Shown: positions 21,579-37,232 of the stretch, one piece after another | How positions within the stretch are numbered: position 1 is the stretch's first letter | How the letters are laid out: every line of letters begins with the position of its first letter | Origin: Trichoplax sp. H2 | Taxonomy: Eukaryota | Direction: 5' to 3' | NCBI GenBank assembly: GCA_003344405.1 | Contig: NOWV01000001.1 | Location: 1,302,001 to 1,366,000 of the forward strand | DNA length: 64,000 nucleotides | Notes under the pieces: generated by a model | Told to the model about the DNA's origin: nothing | The model's input: only the letters and a program-made list of their open reading frames with translations | The model's database searches: none | Made by a program: the position numbers and the translations under genes

Positions 21579-24500
21579 ATGCGTTTATGGTCAGTCTTTA
21601 CCGTTACTATAGCATTTGGTGCAGCCTTCTTAATTCTACAGCTGGTATTATATAAGGAATTTTTATTCAAGGTAGGCCGTTGCTCTAATCGATGAATAGT
21701 TATGATGATATAATATTAGATGAATTTCTTCTAAATATTCACATGTGTATGTTGGACTTGTAATGCACCTCAATGCCATTTCTAATTTTATAATTTCAAG
21801 ACGTTTTCGGCTATTGAAACACAAGTATACTATAGTATAAGCATTCGTTTGTGCTGAATTTGTAGGAAATTAGAACGGCATTAGCTTTATTTCCATTATA
21901 GTACAATATATGCCTCAAGAAAATTTTTGCCTGTCCTGTTACGTGTATCAATCGATATGCCTCGCTATCTTATCAAACTACTTAGTTTTATCCACTGCAC
22001 AGTGCACATTGCTGAAATGGGCTTGATCCGATCATTGTCAATAATGATAACTCAGTTTCATTTGTCCAATTCGTCACTATATGCATATTAGCTCGTGAGT
22101 GCTCATGTAGTGCAAAGCTTTTTAAGAAAATTCATAGATGATGAACAATTTCTTACATCTTCAATCAGTGTTTAGAACATCAATCCTGTTCTGTAGTGAG
22201 TTTTTACTTTGACTGTATCTTCGTCGGATAATGCCATCGTGGCAAGATTACCCAATGACGTGCTGCCATAACCTAGTACCGTAGACATCATGCCGGTGCT
22301 TGCTAGTAAAATTGACATTTTATATTACTTTAAGAGTACTCGTCTATCGCTAGGCTACTGTTATTGAAACAGTTATGCTAACATTAGTAATTGTCTGTTA
22401 CAATGTATTATTGTTATATCGAATTAAATATCGCTCCTACTACAGAAATCAATTCCTGATTATGAATGGTACAATGGCGGCTCATATATACACGTAGTAC
22501 TGTAAATGCATGTATTTTGATGGATAATCGAATCTCACTTACTGTATAGTAATTACTTTCAGTGAACAATCTATTGTAGTGCTACAAATTGGCTTATTTT
22601 GCAACCTATTTTCTGTATCTGTGGTTTTACATTAGTTTCATTCTGGAAACATAAATATAATGACACATGATATTAGATACATGAAATCGATAAGACACTG
22701 TAATTACCGATTGTAATTAAAAAAATCTCATTATTTATGCCTTACAACATGCAAAGTTAATAGATACACATTATTTTCAATATAGGAAAGGGTAAATTAT
22801 CCACATTGTTATATATTCTTACCATATTCTTCATGCCTTTAACAAACCTATCATTATTGACTTTTAGGTATATGATAACACAAGATTTTCTAATATGAAC
22901 GATCAGCAACTATCAGAATTAAATTGGGTAAGATTCTTGAAATACGTTAGACATTAGTAGGAACGCACATTTCATTGTTCTGAGTAGAAAATTTGGCATA
23001 GTTTAGTTTCATCACAAATAGCTGTCATACCATAGTGTACATCAGATATTATGCCGATTCATTTACTTCGTTGTCTAATACTAAATTGTTGGCTAACACA
23101 ATTTGCATATTAGCATAATACGCAATAAAGGAAAGAATTGCACGTTAGTCAAACTTTTTGAATTTATCTTGTCAATTATAATTACTCTATGTTTTAATAG
23201 GAGAGCTACTGTTTAAAATGTAAATGTAGTAATCGAGTAGTAATCGCTTATCAAAAAACTTGTTGGAGATATCAAAATCTTTTGCATAGCTATGCCCTAG
23301 AAGTAGCAATGTGATTGATTAAATCATTGCAAAGGAAACCCATATCACTTGGTATATGGGTAGATATCAGGTTATAGAAATCAAGTATCCAATATACACG
23401 TATTGGTATACTGTTCGGCTACTGCTCTGTTTGCGCTATTATACTTGTTCGCTAAGATAGCACTGATTAAACATTACCACGATCGTAATGTCGTTATAAG
23501 TTGCTTAGGTGTTTACTAATACACGTGTATCAATTCCTGTTGTACATATTAGGAAAAGTTTAATATAGTTTTTCAAATTTTTGAAAAATTGGGAATGAAA
23601 ATAATACTGATTGATAATCAAGCCTTACAAATGTGGCAAACTACAATCAATAAAGTTTCTATTGGCATGAAAAGTAATAAACGCTGTCCTGTACTATGTA
23701 ATAGAAAAAGAACGGCTTTTGCTCTGATGGATAAGGATTGGGAAGCCAATAAAGTAAGAAATGCTTCAGTCGAGCTTATTTTTACTAATAGATTCGCACT
23801 ACGTATTTATTCAGAAATACGTACAATGTTAATTTTGATCATTTTCAAAAATGATTTTTAAATTTTACTGTTAGACCTTAAGTGAGAAGTTTTCTAATGA
23901 GGTAACAATAATATATTCATACAGATTAAAGTTTATAACGAACTATCTAAACGAAATATTCCATTTATTGTCGATTATGGAGATGATCCTCGCATTACGC
24001 ATTGGTCTCTAATCGGTGATCAAATTGTTTATCATTTATGGCTTCGTTTACTTGACCATAGCTTTGTACAAGTTGTAATTTTGTATAAGAGAGGTAGTGG
24101 TAATTATCATTGGTATGGTCCTGTCAAGAACCCTTCCATACTGTCTGGTTTCTCAAGAAATAGATCGGCTAACCAGTTTGGCGAATTTGAAGGTGTATAT
24201 GACAAGTACGTTTCTCGCCGTAATAAAAATTCTCCCTTTGGAAAATTTAAGGAGCGGAACTTTTCTATGATAACTATGATGTCTGCAGGGCAATGTATTG
24301 ATTCTATGCCGTACTTATGCACCACAGTACTTTAAAATTGACAAAACTTTTAAATATTTAGGTTCTCTATTGTAGGAGTATCAATCGATGGGTTTAGAGT
24401 TCACATACCGATTAATATCAACGCATTTTTACGTCAATCGAGATCTCAGTACACAATGTGTAATATGAGTAGAGCTATGATTTTTTTTCAAAATCATGGG

Positions 24501-25398
24501 AAAGACCTGTCACCCAAAGCCAAGAAGTTTTATGACTCGTCTAAAAAACTAATAACTAAAGCGAAAAAAGTCTTAGATGATTTAATGATTCCATTTTGGA
24601 TTAGTAGTGGAACATGCCTAGGTACATGCATATCGGATCTCTTTGCCAGTTCATTATGTAAAGTTAGAGATTGTTTATAATGTTATTACCATAGTAGATG
24701 AATTGCTATGTTTTATGCTTACCTGTATCAGGTTGGTTTCGCCAATGTGGAATCATTCCCTATAGCAACGACGTAGATATTGGCATTATGGCAGACGACT
24801 ATAAACCAGTGCTCATTAACGCTATGAAAAGAAACGGTTTTTCCTTAAAATTTATTTTTGGCAAAGTATGTTCTATACTATGTAACGTGCTATCTCATTT
24901 TATAAATATATTGCGCACAGATGCCGTAACAACTATTTATATGTTTACTTAATACTCTTATTTCAGCTAAACGATAGCTATGAGTTATCGTTTATGTATG
25001 GAGAAATCAAGTTGGACATTTTCTTTTTTTATAAAGAGAAATCGTACTATTGGAATGGAGGCACTCAAGCGAGAACTGGCCTTAAATTTAAGTGAGTAAA
25101 TAGATTTTTTTGCAAATGCTCAATCATAAATTTGCAGTTTTAGATAATACCATGACCTTACCTTGCTATGCTAATTTGGTTTAGATATATTTTCCCGAAA
25201 TTTACCTTATGTTGGACAGAATTTCTTAATCTGATGATTCGTGTTCCTTGCGATACGCAAGTATATCTGGAGGCCAACTATGGTATTAACTGGTTCACAC
25301 CTATTAAAACATGGGACTGGAAAGAAAGCCCCCCTAATGTTATCAAGAATGGTCAATGGGATCGTCATGAATGGTCAAAAGTAATACAACTATTTTAA
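21579..25398 (+). CDS. FKTN: Fukutin (LicD-family ribitol-phosphate transferase); exons 21579-21671, 22868-22927, 23553-23753, 23925-24205, 24362-24621, 24732-24865, 24967-25091, 25185-25398
   Basis: N-terminal signal anchor [26 protein letters not shown]. Motifs [55 protein letters not shown] and [25 protein letters not shown]. All GT-AG introns are phase-consistent. Confidence 0.93.
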
Positions 25399-28244
25399 TT
25401 AAATCTGGTTTGTAAGGACTTGTTAATGAATATATATCAACAATATACATGTTATGCAAATCGTCAGCTTTTTCTACGCTGATATAAGTAAGGACTCCAT
25501 TTCCTACGGTATGATTTATTATGAATGTTAATTTTGTTGGTTACTTCTGGTGAAATTTCAAATTATGACTATATTTACTATCGATCTATGGTTTCATCCG
25601 TAGAATGACTCAGAATAGATGGATGACGAATTAAGGAATTAAATCTATTTGTTAAGTGCATTACAGTACTTTATCAAAATCTTAAGGAAACTTCCTGTAT
25701 AAAAATTTTATCTCACTTGCAATAGTTACGAGTCAATTTGGTTCTTAAAGATGTGAAAATCGCTACCTACACAATTATTGTGCGCAATAATTATTAGATA
25801 ATGTAATACATGTACTGTACACGCAGACTGTATTCTGTAATCCCAGGTTTTTCGATACGATATTGTTCGAAAAACAACATTTGTGTGCTTGACTCCGAAC
25901 CTGTTGTATTGTTTGTCACAACGAACTCAATCATGTAACGGTCTCGACCGTCTTGTGCGGTAATATGGATACTAATGTTTTTAACTTGCGTAGCCTTAGT
26001 GTCGATGACTCTACCGTAGGTTGGAAAGCTAGCGTATCATGCTACATGATATTGATAAATAAAAAATTTTAATAAGCAGTTAATCTGGGTTACCCGTTAT
26101 ACGAATTGAAGGATACATAAGTTATACTATTTGTTTTTCCAATATGAAATCCGAACTTATATATTTTTGGTAGGGTAATTTACGAAAAAAGCACTGCTAC
26201 AAATTAACACTTGACTAATGAAACATGTGTATCGCTTACGGGCGATCGATTTCGGTACATCAACACTTGCAAATCCTACTTCAGATTTCTGCGTATGCAA
26301 ACTTTGCAAAGTATCTGCCAGGCAGCGAATTATCTACATTCATACTGCTATGTATCCACGACCAATTCATAATACTTTCAATTAAATTCATCAACCTGAA
26401 CGGAAACAAGGCACCTAACCCTATCTCAACAACTTTGATAATAACCTATTTCAACAAAACTCGTCATTGACGCGCAAATGTATAATTGGCTGATACAAAT
26501 TTATTTAACGTAATATCCAAAATTTACTTAGCAAACAAGCCGTAAATGTTTCCGATATCTAGTTGTTAATTCAACCAAGAAAATAGCAAACAAAGTTATT
26601 TCAAGGTTATGATGCGTACGATAAAAATATCTGGTGTATAGCCCTACAGTACATAATTTAAGCTTGTTAATATGACATACCTAGCTTATTTTAAATAAAA
26701 ATACAAAGTAATTCTATTTGCATCAAGTAACACTCGTAGTGAAAGCATAGAGTGTCATCAGAAGGCAAAATGATACGAACTTTGGCGTAAGCTTCTAATA
26801 AGCTTATATTTGTAAGCACAGATACGTAGTATTGGATACTACTATCTACTTTCTAAGTGTTGCATAAAGAGACATTCCAGTAAGAGCATTTCGTTATTTC
26901 CTCAGTAAATTTACTATATTATAAAATCAACGGTACTACTAGAATAGAATAATCATTACGACCATTAGTTTATGTAGGCTAACTATAGCACATTAAGCAA
27001 AGGCTTTAAATAGCCTAAAGCCCCATTTGTAACAAGTTGTGAATATTGAAGAACAGATTTTGTATAAGATAAACCGCATTGGAAGATGTAGAAGTATTTC
27101 TTTGCTGCCGTTGAACAATAAAATTTGAGATAGTAGCTTCTACAACAGTCATAAATAACCAAATATCAATTGCGTTTAACAAAATTTATAAGAAATCAGC
27201 AAACAGCATATTCTTTTGTTCTTGCTATTTAACATCTTCCGGGATTTGGTGTCTGCTAAACGATTGATTAAATTTAAAGTTCTTTCATGAGGCATCGGTG
27301 TGGTAAAAACTGCTACTGTGTTAATCTAATAACCAATATACGCGTTGTCCATGAAGCGTTAACAGTCGTACCAAGACACATTGCCGCTTGCTATAGTACA
27401 TAGATGATAATTACGATATAGCATACTGATTCAGTAAACCGCACCTTTGAATGATCAAGTTGTACGGAAATGTGCAACTCGACTATTAATGAATGATAAG
27501 GTATTAATACCAAGTTGTTATAAGAGGTGATTGTCATAATTACCTTATTACAGTAACTATTATATTATCAATAGATAAAAATAATAATAATAAGTTAAAT
27601 GGTTTCTTAAAGTGGATGCATAGTCGTTACCATGGTAGTAAATATTCATCCGTGTAGGTAGTTCCATTAGAAGAGAAGAAGAGTAATTTCAAGACATATT
27701 CTTTTGATACACCAGTAAATACAAATACGAGTATTGGTATTGCTATCCCGGAGAGTGCACGACAATGTTATTACTATTGATGAGCCATACAGTAGAGTAG
27801 AAAAGCTAAAAAAGCTAGCGATTCATGTTTATTGATATCAGCTTCATGAAATCAATACGGGCGAATCTTTTTTTAAGACCAACAAATTCCCTTGGAATTC
27901 AATTGAAATTTTAAAATAAAACTTGAATATTACCATAGCGATCGCATTCACGGTATACTCTCATATCTGTAAATAACGCTATTTTAACCCAATCTAATAC
28001 TATACTTTCAAATCGAACACAATCAATACACTTGCGCAAGTGGCAATCATGCAGCAATAATTGATAAGCACTCCATATTATTACACTTTTCAAGCTTGCA
28101 AAAGCTTTACAGTATGGCGCATTCACGGTTGCAAATATAAGCGACTTTAATCTCTAATTCTATCTTGCGATGCAGTAGGCTATTTACAGATCTGGGATGC
28201 AAATCAAGTCCATCCAGTACTGTACTTGATAGCAGCTATGCGAG

Positions 28245-28859
28245 TCACATAACGTCGTCTTCGTTGCTGTCTTGATCACCGATTGAAAAGTTCCTACTTA
28301 GGCGTTCGTGATCGCCAGAGTTATTTGATAGACTAATCGAGGGTTCAACAGCATCAAGTAGTACACTAGAATCCGACTCAAAGCCAAATTCTCTGGCTGC
28401 GATCTGCATCAAACTCAAAAGATTTTCTAGCATACCCTTGGTTTGCATCATTTCATTCAAGAGATCAGCTTTTGGTTTTAATTGATCGATTACACTGGCT
28501 TTCTCTTTGATTTGATTTTGTAATAAATCTGTCTGTTGCTTATAATTTTCGAGTTGCTCTTCCATGGTACAGTTTAGCGAGTCTATCTTGTGTTTATAAT
28601 TGCGAAGTTGCTCTTCCATCTTTTCATTTTCTGTTCGTAAGCTGTCAACCTTGCCTTCCTCCGATTTTAGCGAACTCTTGAGCAGCGACACCTGGATTTC
28701 GAAAGCAGCCTTATCTGATTGCCTACCTTTTTTTTCTTCTTCTAACTCTACTTTGATGAGCTTATTTTCACTTTCCATTTCTGATAAATTTTTATACAAC
28801 TGCTGTAGATGATCATTTGCTTCCTTAATTGATATTTTAGTTGGTGTAATTGCTGCCAT
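28245..28859 (-). CDS. Coiled-coil protein resembling VMAC (vimentin-type IF-associated coiled-coil protein), single coding exon
   Basis: 204-aa heptad-rich ORF. IKEANDHL and VIDQLKPKADLLNEM..LENLLSLM resemble the VMAC segments IREANAHL and LIRQLQPRAELLQDI..LAGLLDAL as I recall them. Confidence 0.7.
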   Translation of the reverse strand: MAAITPTKISIKEANDHLQQLYKNLSEMESENKLIKVELEEEKKGRQSDKAAFEIQVSLLKSSLKSEEGKVDSLRTENEKMEEQLRNYKHKIDSLNCTMEEQLENYKQQTDLLQNQIKEKASVIDQLKPKADLLNEMMQTKGMLENLLSLMQIAAREFGFESDSSVLLDAVEPSISLSNNSGDHERLSRNFSIGDQDSNEDDVM

Positions 28860-29149
28860 ATTGACCGTCTTTGGTTACTATTTTGATGACACTTTCCAAT
28901 CAATTATCTTTCAATTTATAGTTCCAAATCTACTATTACTATCTTACATATACCTTGAATCTGCTAGAGAAATTGGCTTCGTCTTGGTGTTATGATAACT
29001 ACCTTACTCAAGAATGAATCAATTTTTGAAGGTTGGAAGAGTTTATGTAAAAGGCTAGAGCGCTACTACAGAATTATGGTGGATTATCAACTTGCCAGAC
29101 TCGACAAGATGATATTTTTAGAAGCACGCCATACTGAATGGCAGATCGT

Positions 29150-29930
29150 TGGAGCACAGTACTGTAGACTGTACACTGTAGACTGTATAATACACTGTCA
29201 GTTCAGTCAGTAATGTGCGCATGCTCCTCTTCAGGTTGTGGTCAAAGTCAAGTTGCTCTTAACTGTATGCACTGTGCAGTACACTCACTGTACAGTACTG
29301 CAAAAGTTGATGACGAAAGCAGCCAAGACTACTGGTACAGTAGACCCTGGAGATTCAACTTGACAACAGAAAGTTTTGTATAGTACAGTACTGTACAGTA
29401 CAATCTGATTATTTTCGAAGTCTCCTCTTCGTTAAAAAACCAAAGTTGTATTCCTTTGAAATTTCTGTATAGTATTTATATGTACTGTACAGTATACCCA
29501 TAGAAGGATATCTCCGTACAGACAAGTACAGACTTACTGTACATGAGAAAATTTCTACAGTACAGTACTGTAGTCATTGGAGAACCTGTACTGTACAGTA
29601 CAGTGTACAGTGTACACTACTGTATACTGTACACTGTACGGTATGTCCGTCAATAGCTCTTTCTTGATTGGAAGTCCCTACACGTGACCTCATTTCACCG
29701 CCACACATCAACCAAGTCATGATCCGATTATGTACAGTACGTACTGTACCTGTACTACAGTACTGTACAGTACAGTATACAGTACAGTACTTAGATCTAA
29801 GTGTACAGTGTACAGTACTGTATGTATTGTCATGCACTGGAATACTATAGTACAGTATACTGTACGGTACTGTAGACACTAGACAGCCTGTAGACAGTAA
29901 ACTATACTACTGTGCGTGCCCTACAGTGAA
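29150..29930. repeat. (TACTG/CAGTA)n low-complexity palindromic tracts in the VMAC-like/PABP divergent promoter
   Basis: Dense tactgtacagtac-type runs, especially at 29555-29640 and 29730-29895. Confidence 0.9.
29660..29700. promoter_or_regulatory. Candidate promoter elements: inverted CCAAT (gattgg 29666-29671) and E-box CACGTGAC (29681-29688)
   Basis: The motifs lie in a unique island between two repeat tracts and between two divergent genes. Confidence 0.4.
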
Positions 29931-30021
29931 TGTTCTGTATAAAAGAGCACATGCTCATCTCCAACCGATCCATTTTTCTTTCACCTTGTCATTAAGACAC
30001 TGGTAGTATCCTTTTACCATA

Positions 30022-30092
30022 CTTAAAAAAAATAAAAATTCCAAAAAAATTTGAAAAACTCTTTTAAAAACTCCCAAAAAACTTAGAGAAAA
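30022..30092 (+). promoter_or_regulatory. A-rich tract in the presumed PABP 5' UTR (candidate autoregulatory sequence)
   Basis: Oligo(A) runs split by pyrimidines (aaaaaaaataaaaattccaaaaaaatttgaaaaactcttttaaaaactcccaaaaaa), ~280-350 nt upstream of the ATG. Confidence 0.6.
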
Positions 30093-30369
30093 TTGTGTAC
30101 TACCCTATAGCAAATCCATTTAACAGCAACATAACAAGAAAATACTCCTAGAAAGCGTTATAACGGCCTCCGGTTCTCTAATTTTTTTTTTGTTGGTAAG
30201 GGCGCTAAAAAACACATACTCTACTGTACTTTTGACACCTTGGAATGTTTGGTAGAAGGCCACGCTGTAGTGCACTTTGACCGACTTTTTGGATTACTTT
30301 TCACTAATTGGATTGCAATTTTGATTACAATTTTCAGAAGGAAACTATCATTAAAGAAAGTGAAGAAAA

Positions 30370-33301
<2,932 letters not shown>

Positions 33302-34286
33302 TCGAATAAATACTGTATGACGGTTGTAACAATCTCTAGGTGATATATGTTCTGCAATGTTGTGTGAACTTTGCGATGCGATCTTATTGTAAAGTGGTTA
33401 ATCGATTTGCTAATTAATGTCACAATTTTAAGGGTTATACTTATAGCTCAATGGAACTAATAAAAGGATACTTTAAGAAAAACATGCATTCTTTCCTTTC
33501 ATTAATAAGTATGAACTGTAGGAATCCGATTAAAACGATTTAAATTCGCTATCCCAAACAGGGATTACTAAATATAATTTAGAAATTCTTGCCCAAAACA
33601 TGTATGAAAACGACCGGATTGAGTGAAAGTTGATTGCCATAGTACTGTACATGTTTGTTGTGGTTCGATGCTCTACGATGGTACATAATTATTACAGTAA
33701 TAGCATTCGTAAGGACAGAAATATCTCGAACATGAAAAACTAATGTATGCGTGTTGAGGTAAATTAGCAGTAACTGACCATGTCATCTGTTTACGGTTAT
33801 AATTCACTTAATTAAGTTCGTGTTTGAGTCTACAAGTTTACGTTTAATATTCTACTTTACGCGTAAATATTCTAACTTCGAAAATCATGACTATCATGCA
33901 TTTCAAAATCATAAAAATACTTTTTTATTTATAGTCACCTAGTTGCTACTTATACTTATCATGCACTATACAAATTTGAAAATTACCCATATTCAGTCAT
34001 TAAAATAGAGATTCGCATAGGTTTCATAATATTAAAATTGTAGGCATTTTGCTGAGTAACAGTAATGAGAATATAAGCGATGTTAATCATAGAGGAGGTC
34101 TCCTGAGCGTATTCCTTTTGTAATATTTAAATAACAACCAATTGCAGTATAAGTACAGTTGCACTAATTGTGCATCATTCCCTCTATACACAGTACAGTA
34201 TGTACTGTATTATATAGTACGAGTACTAATGTGTACAAATTCAACAATACCATACGATCCAGTAATTATTTATTATTATTGATCAT

Positions 34287-37232
34287 TTAAGAGTAACGAT
34301 AGATCATCTTTTTGGCGAATTCATACGCAACAAAATTTACGGCAATAGCTGGAGCGACCTAAATATCACAATCGTAAGCATGCAATACCTTAGTACGAGA
34401 GTACATAACTTAAATGTATAAACTGAACAAGCTAGAATAACTATTACTCCTTAATTATTACCTTTATAACATTAGGTAGCATTCCTTTATACAATCCGAG
34501 ATATCCTTCTACACGGATAATAGTAGCAAACGCATTTGCAGTAGAAGTATAGGCGAAGTTAGAATTAGTTCCTTTCATTTGCATTCTTCTTCGTATCACA
34601 TCTAGTGGATAGGTGACTTGAATGATAAAAAATGATTGACGTCATCAAAGGATTATAGGTTTACAACATTAGATATTTGATAATCATACTTCAAAAGTTG
34701 ATACAATAACCCTTAACATTGTAAAAGTAATATTTATTTATTCTCTCGATAAGTGATAATTTAGCACGTATATAATAAAGGAAACACTACCTGATTGAGA
34801 TGCAGCACCAGCAATCCCACCGCACATTAGTCTAACTGGCACAGGCAATTCAGAAGTTCCGTTTGTAGAGGTACTATAATAACGTCTCGTCACTATACCT
34901 ATAATATGAAATGATTTAGCTTACAATCGGTTTACAATATGAAACATCCACCAATATAGCTAAATAGCTGAAATTCGATGTCATCTAATATGCCAAACAA
35001 ATTCACTAATTTTTAATAGATAAATCAGCAGTCTGTACCTTTTAAGTTTTCATAAATCATGAAATTAAGGCCAACGTAAGGAGCAACACCCTAGTGTAAG
35101 GAGTATCGGATATAAACAGTAGTAAAGTGAGATAATAATAGAGTAGTATATGTAAGGAATTAATAATAATTCTTAATTGCAACTAATTTACGAGTATAGA
35201 TAGTTTAGTACGGATTATATTCCACAATTACACATTTTCATGTGAAACTGCATTTTCTTTGGTTACCATTAATGATGGTCCAATTCCACGATAAAGTGCA
35301 CCCCCAAAAAATCCGCCTTCTTGTCGACATATTAGTACGGCTGCATGGAGAATACTCCTGAAAAAATTAAATTGCTTTAGATTGGAGTCTATCAGTGCCT
35401 GATTAATTCATACCATAGATTGACATTCAAACTATAATTGCAATCGATCACGAAATAAACAGATGAAAATATCGTCAACTTAAGTTAACTCTTTGATAAT
35501 CACAAAATTATGGAACCTTTAGAACCTTTAGCTTGCACAAAAAATTAAAAGTTTTTATATTGACTTTTCTGAACTGCATAATTAGTAAGATCGATTTCTT
35601 TGTTATTCACAAGTGTAGATACTCTCATTGTTGATATTGCAGTATAAGTTAATCTAATAATTAGTCGAGCATATTTACAACTTTATATCTTCGTATGAAA
35701 CTACGAAAATAATGTAATTACATTTGTGAATACTTGTTTAGCTCTAGCAATACGAACTATAACAAAGTACCATAATCAATTTAATACATGCACTTTGCAG
35801 TACATTTACTTAATTTGCTGCTATCATATTGCAGAAATATGGATCGTAAGAATAATCTATTATGCAGAAACGTAATCTAATATACGTATAATTATTAATT
35901 ATGGAGTAATCAAAGTCTTTCCCAATCCATCATCAATGATGAGCGTAAAGGATGCAATATGATCTACCTACACAGTAAATGGAAAATTTTTACATGTGTT
36001 TACCTGTATTTGCGTGAAGGTCCATCGCCTTGAGCAGCCAATCGAGTTCTGTTTGACACGACATTTATATATTTACAACGAAATAATATAGGCCATTAAA
36101 GCGTAATAAAATCAAACCTTAAGACGTTCCGTAGCCTAGACGATGTAAGATGTTGCCGTATTAAGACATCTAAGCATTCCTATTTACCGAATAAGATCCA
36201 AAGGATAAGTGACGATAACTGATGTAAGGCCAGCCAGAGCGCCAGCTAATAGTCTTCGAAAGGAATCATGTTTGCGAAAGTCTTGGCTTATATGAAATCG
36301 CTATATTAAACAAGCAGTCGTCAATTTTCATTTAAGAATGCAGTTTTAAGTTGAATAGTATTGCAGCATTACAATAATATATTAACTTGGAATCAAGCCG
36401 AGGTATTATCAGCGATATCAAATTACTTATTGTGATAATATTAGTTTATCAGAAAGCTTATAATTCTTAGATTGCATCTACTTAGTATTATTCAGCTACC
36501 TTCTTATATTCTTCATACGCAGTAAATTGGACGGCCATATACGGAATCATGCGAACAACGTTGGTCCCATTTCCCTATAATTAGAAAGATATCGTTTGAA
36601 ATAAAGTACATTATCTTTAATTTTATGCAATAGTGACGTATGTTATTGTTGCAGCTAGATCAGTAACCAACCTTGAAGTAACCCCTAAATCCTTCTTCTC
36701 TACCTATTTGTATTAGACTTGGTATGATTCCCTTAAATTTGATTTCATGTTGTGAATGTTGAAGCTACTCGATAGATAGAAATGTTGACCAAAATTTATC
36801 AGAGATGACTGCGAAAGATTATAATCTATGCTTACAGGTTATATTACCAACGGAATTAAGGATTACAGAACGTGCCAGAACGATATTTACAGATGTACAC
36901 ATATATGCACTGATTACGCTGTACAATAGAATTATAACTACTGCAAATTCTAACAATTTTAACAATTTTAATAGAAAAACGATAGGAATAGCAACAGGTA
37001 TCTAAGACAATGCATCTAAACTCGGCACCTATGCTATATACAGTACTGTAAATAACTTAGCTGACCTGAAATAATATCTTCAGTCTTTCTAACGGAGATA
37101 CAACAGTTCGTGAAACAGCACCAGCAATTCCACCAGCTATTAGATGCTTAGATGTGTTACTACTAAATATTAACAAGGTACTGTGGCGATTTCGGCGAGA
37201 TGACAATAATGAGGGATCCTTTTCGTTAGTCA
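34287..37232 (-). CDS. SLC25 mitochondrial carrier (adenine-nucleotide/CoA branch), N-terminus unresolved; exons ..-37066, 36764-36672, 36574-36500, 36300-36188, 36048-36004, 35357-35267, 35090-35039, 34898-34791, 34616-34462, 34358-34287
   Basis: Three PX[DE]XX[KR] signatures (SPLERLK, YPLDLIR, YPLDVIR), plus HLIAGGIAGAVSRT, FKGNGTNVVRMIPY and GVAPYVGLNF. Phases are consistent. Confidence 0.88.

Noticed and set aside
23875-23901. 27-nt in-frame candidate exon in fukutin (ttag|ACC..GAG|gtaac)
   Set aside because: It would leave only a 23-nt intron before the next exon, and the protein needs no insertion there.
29574-29879. ORFs of 101 aa (-) and 60 aa (+) rich in TVQYC
   Set aside because: They are translations of the TACAG/CTGTA low-complexity tract.
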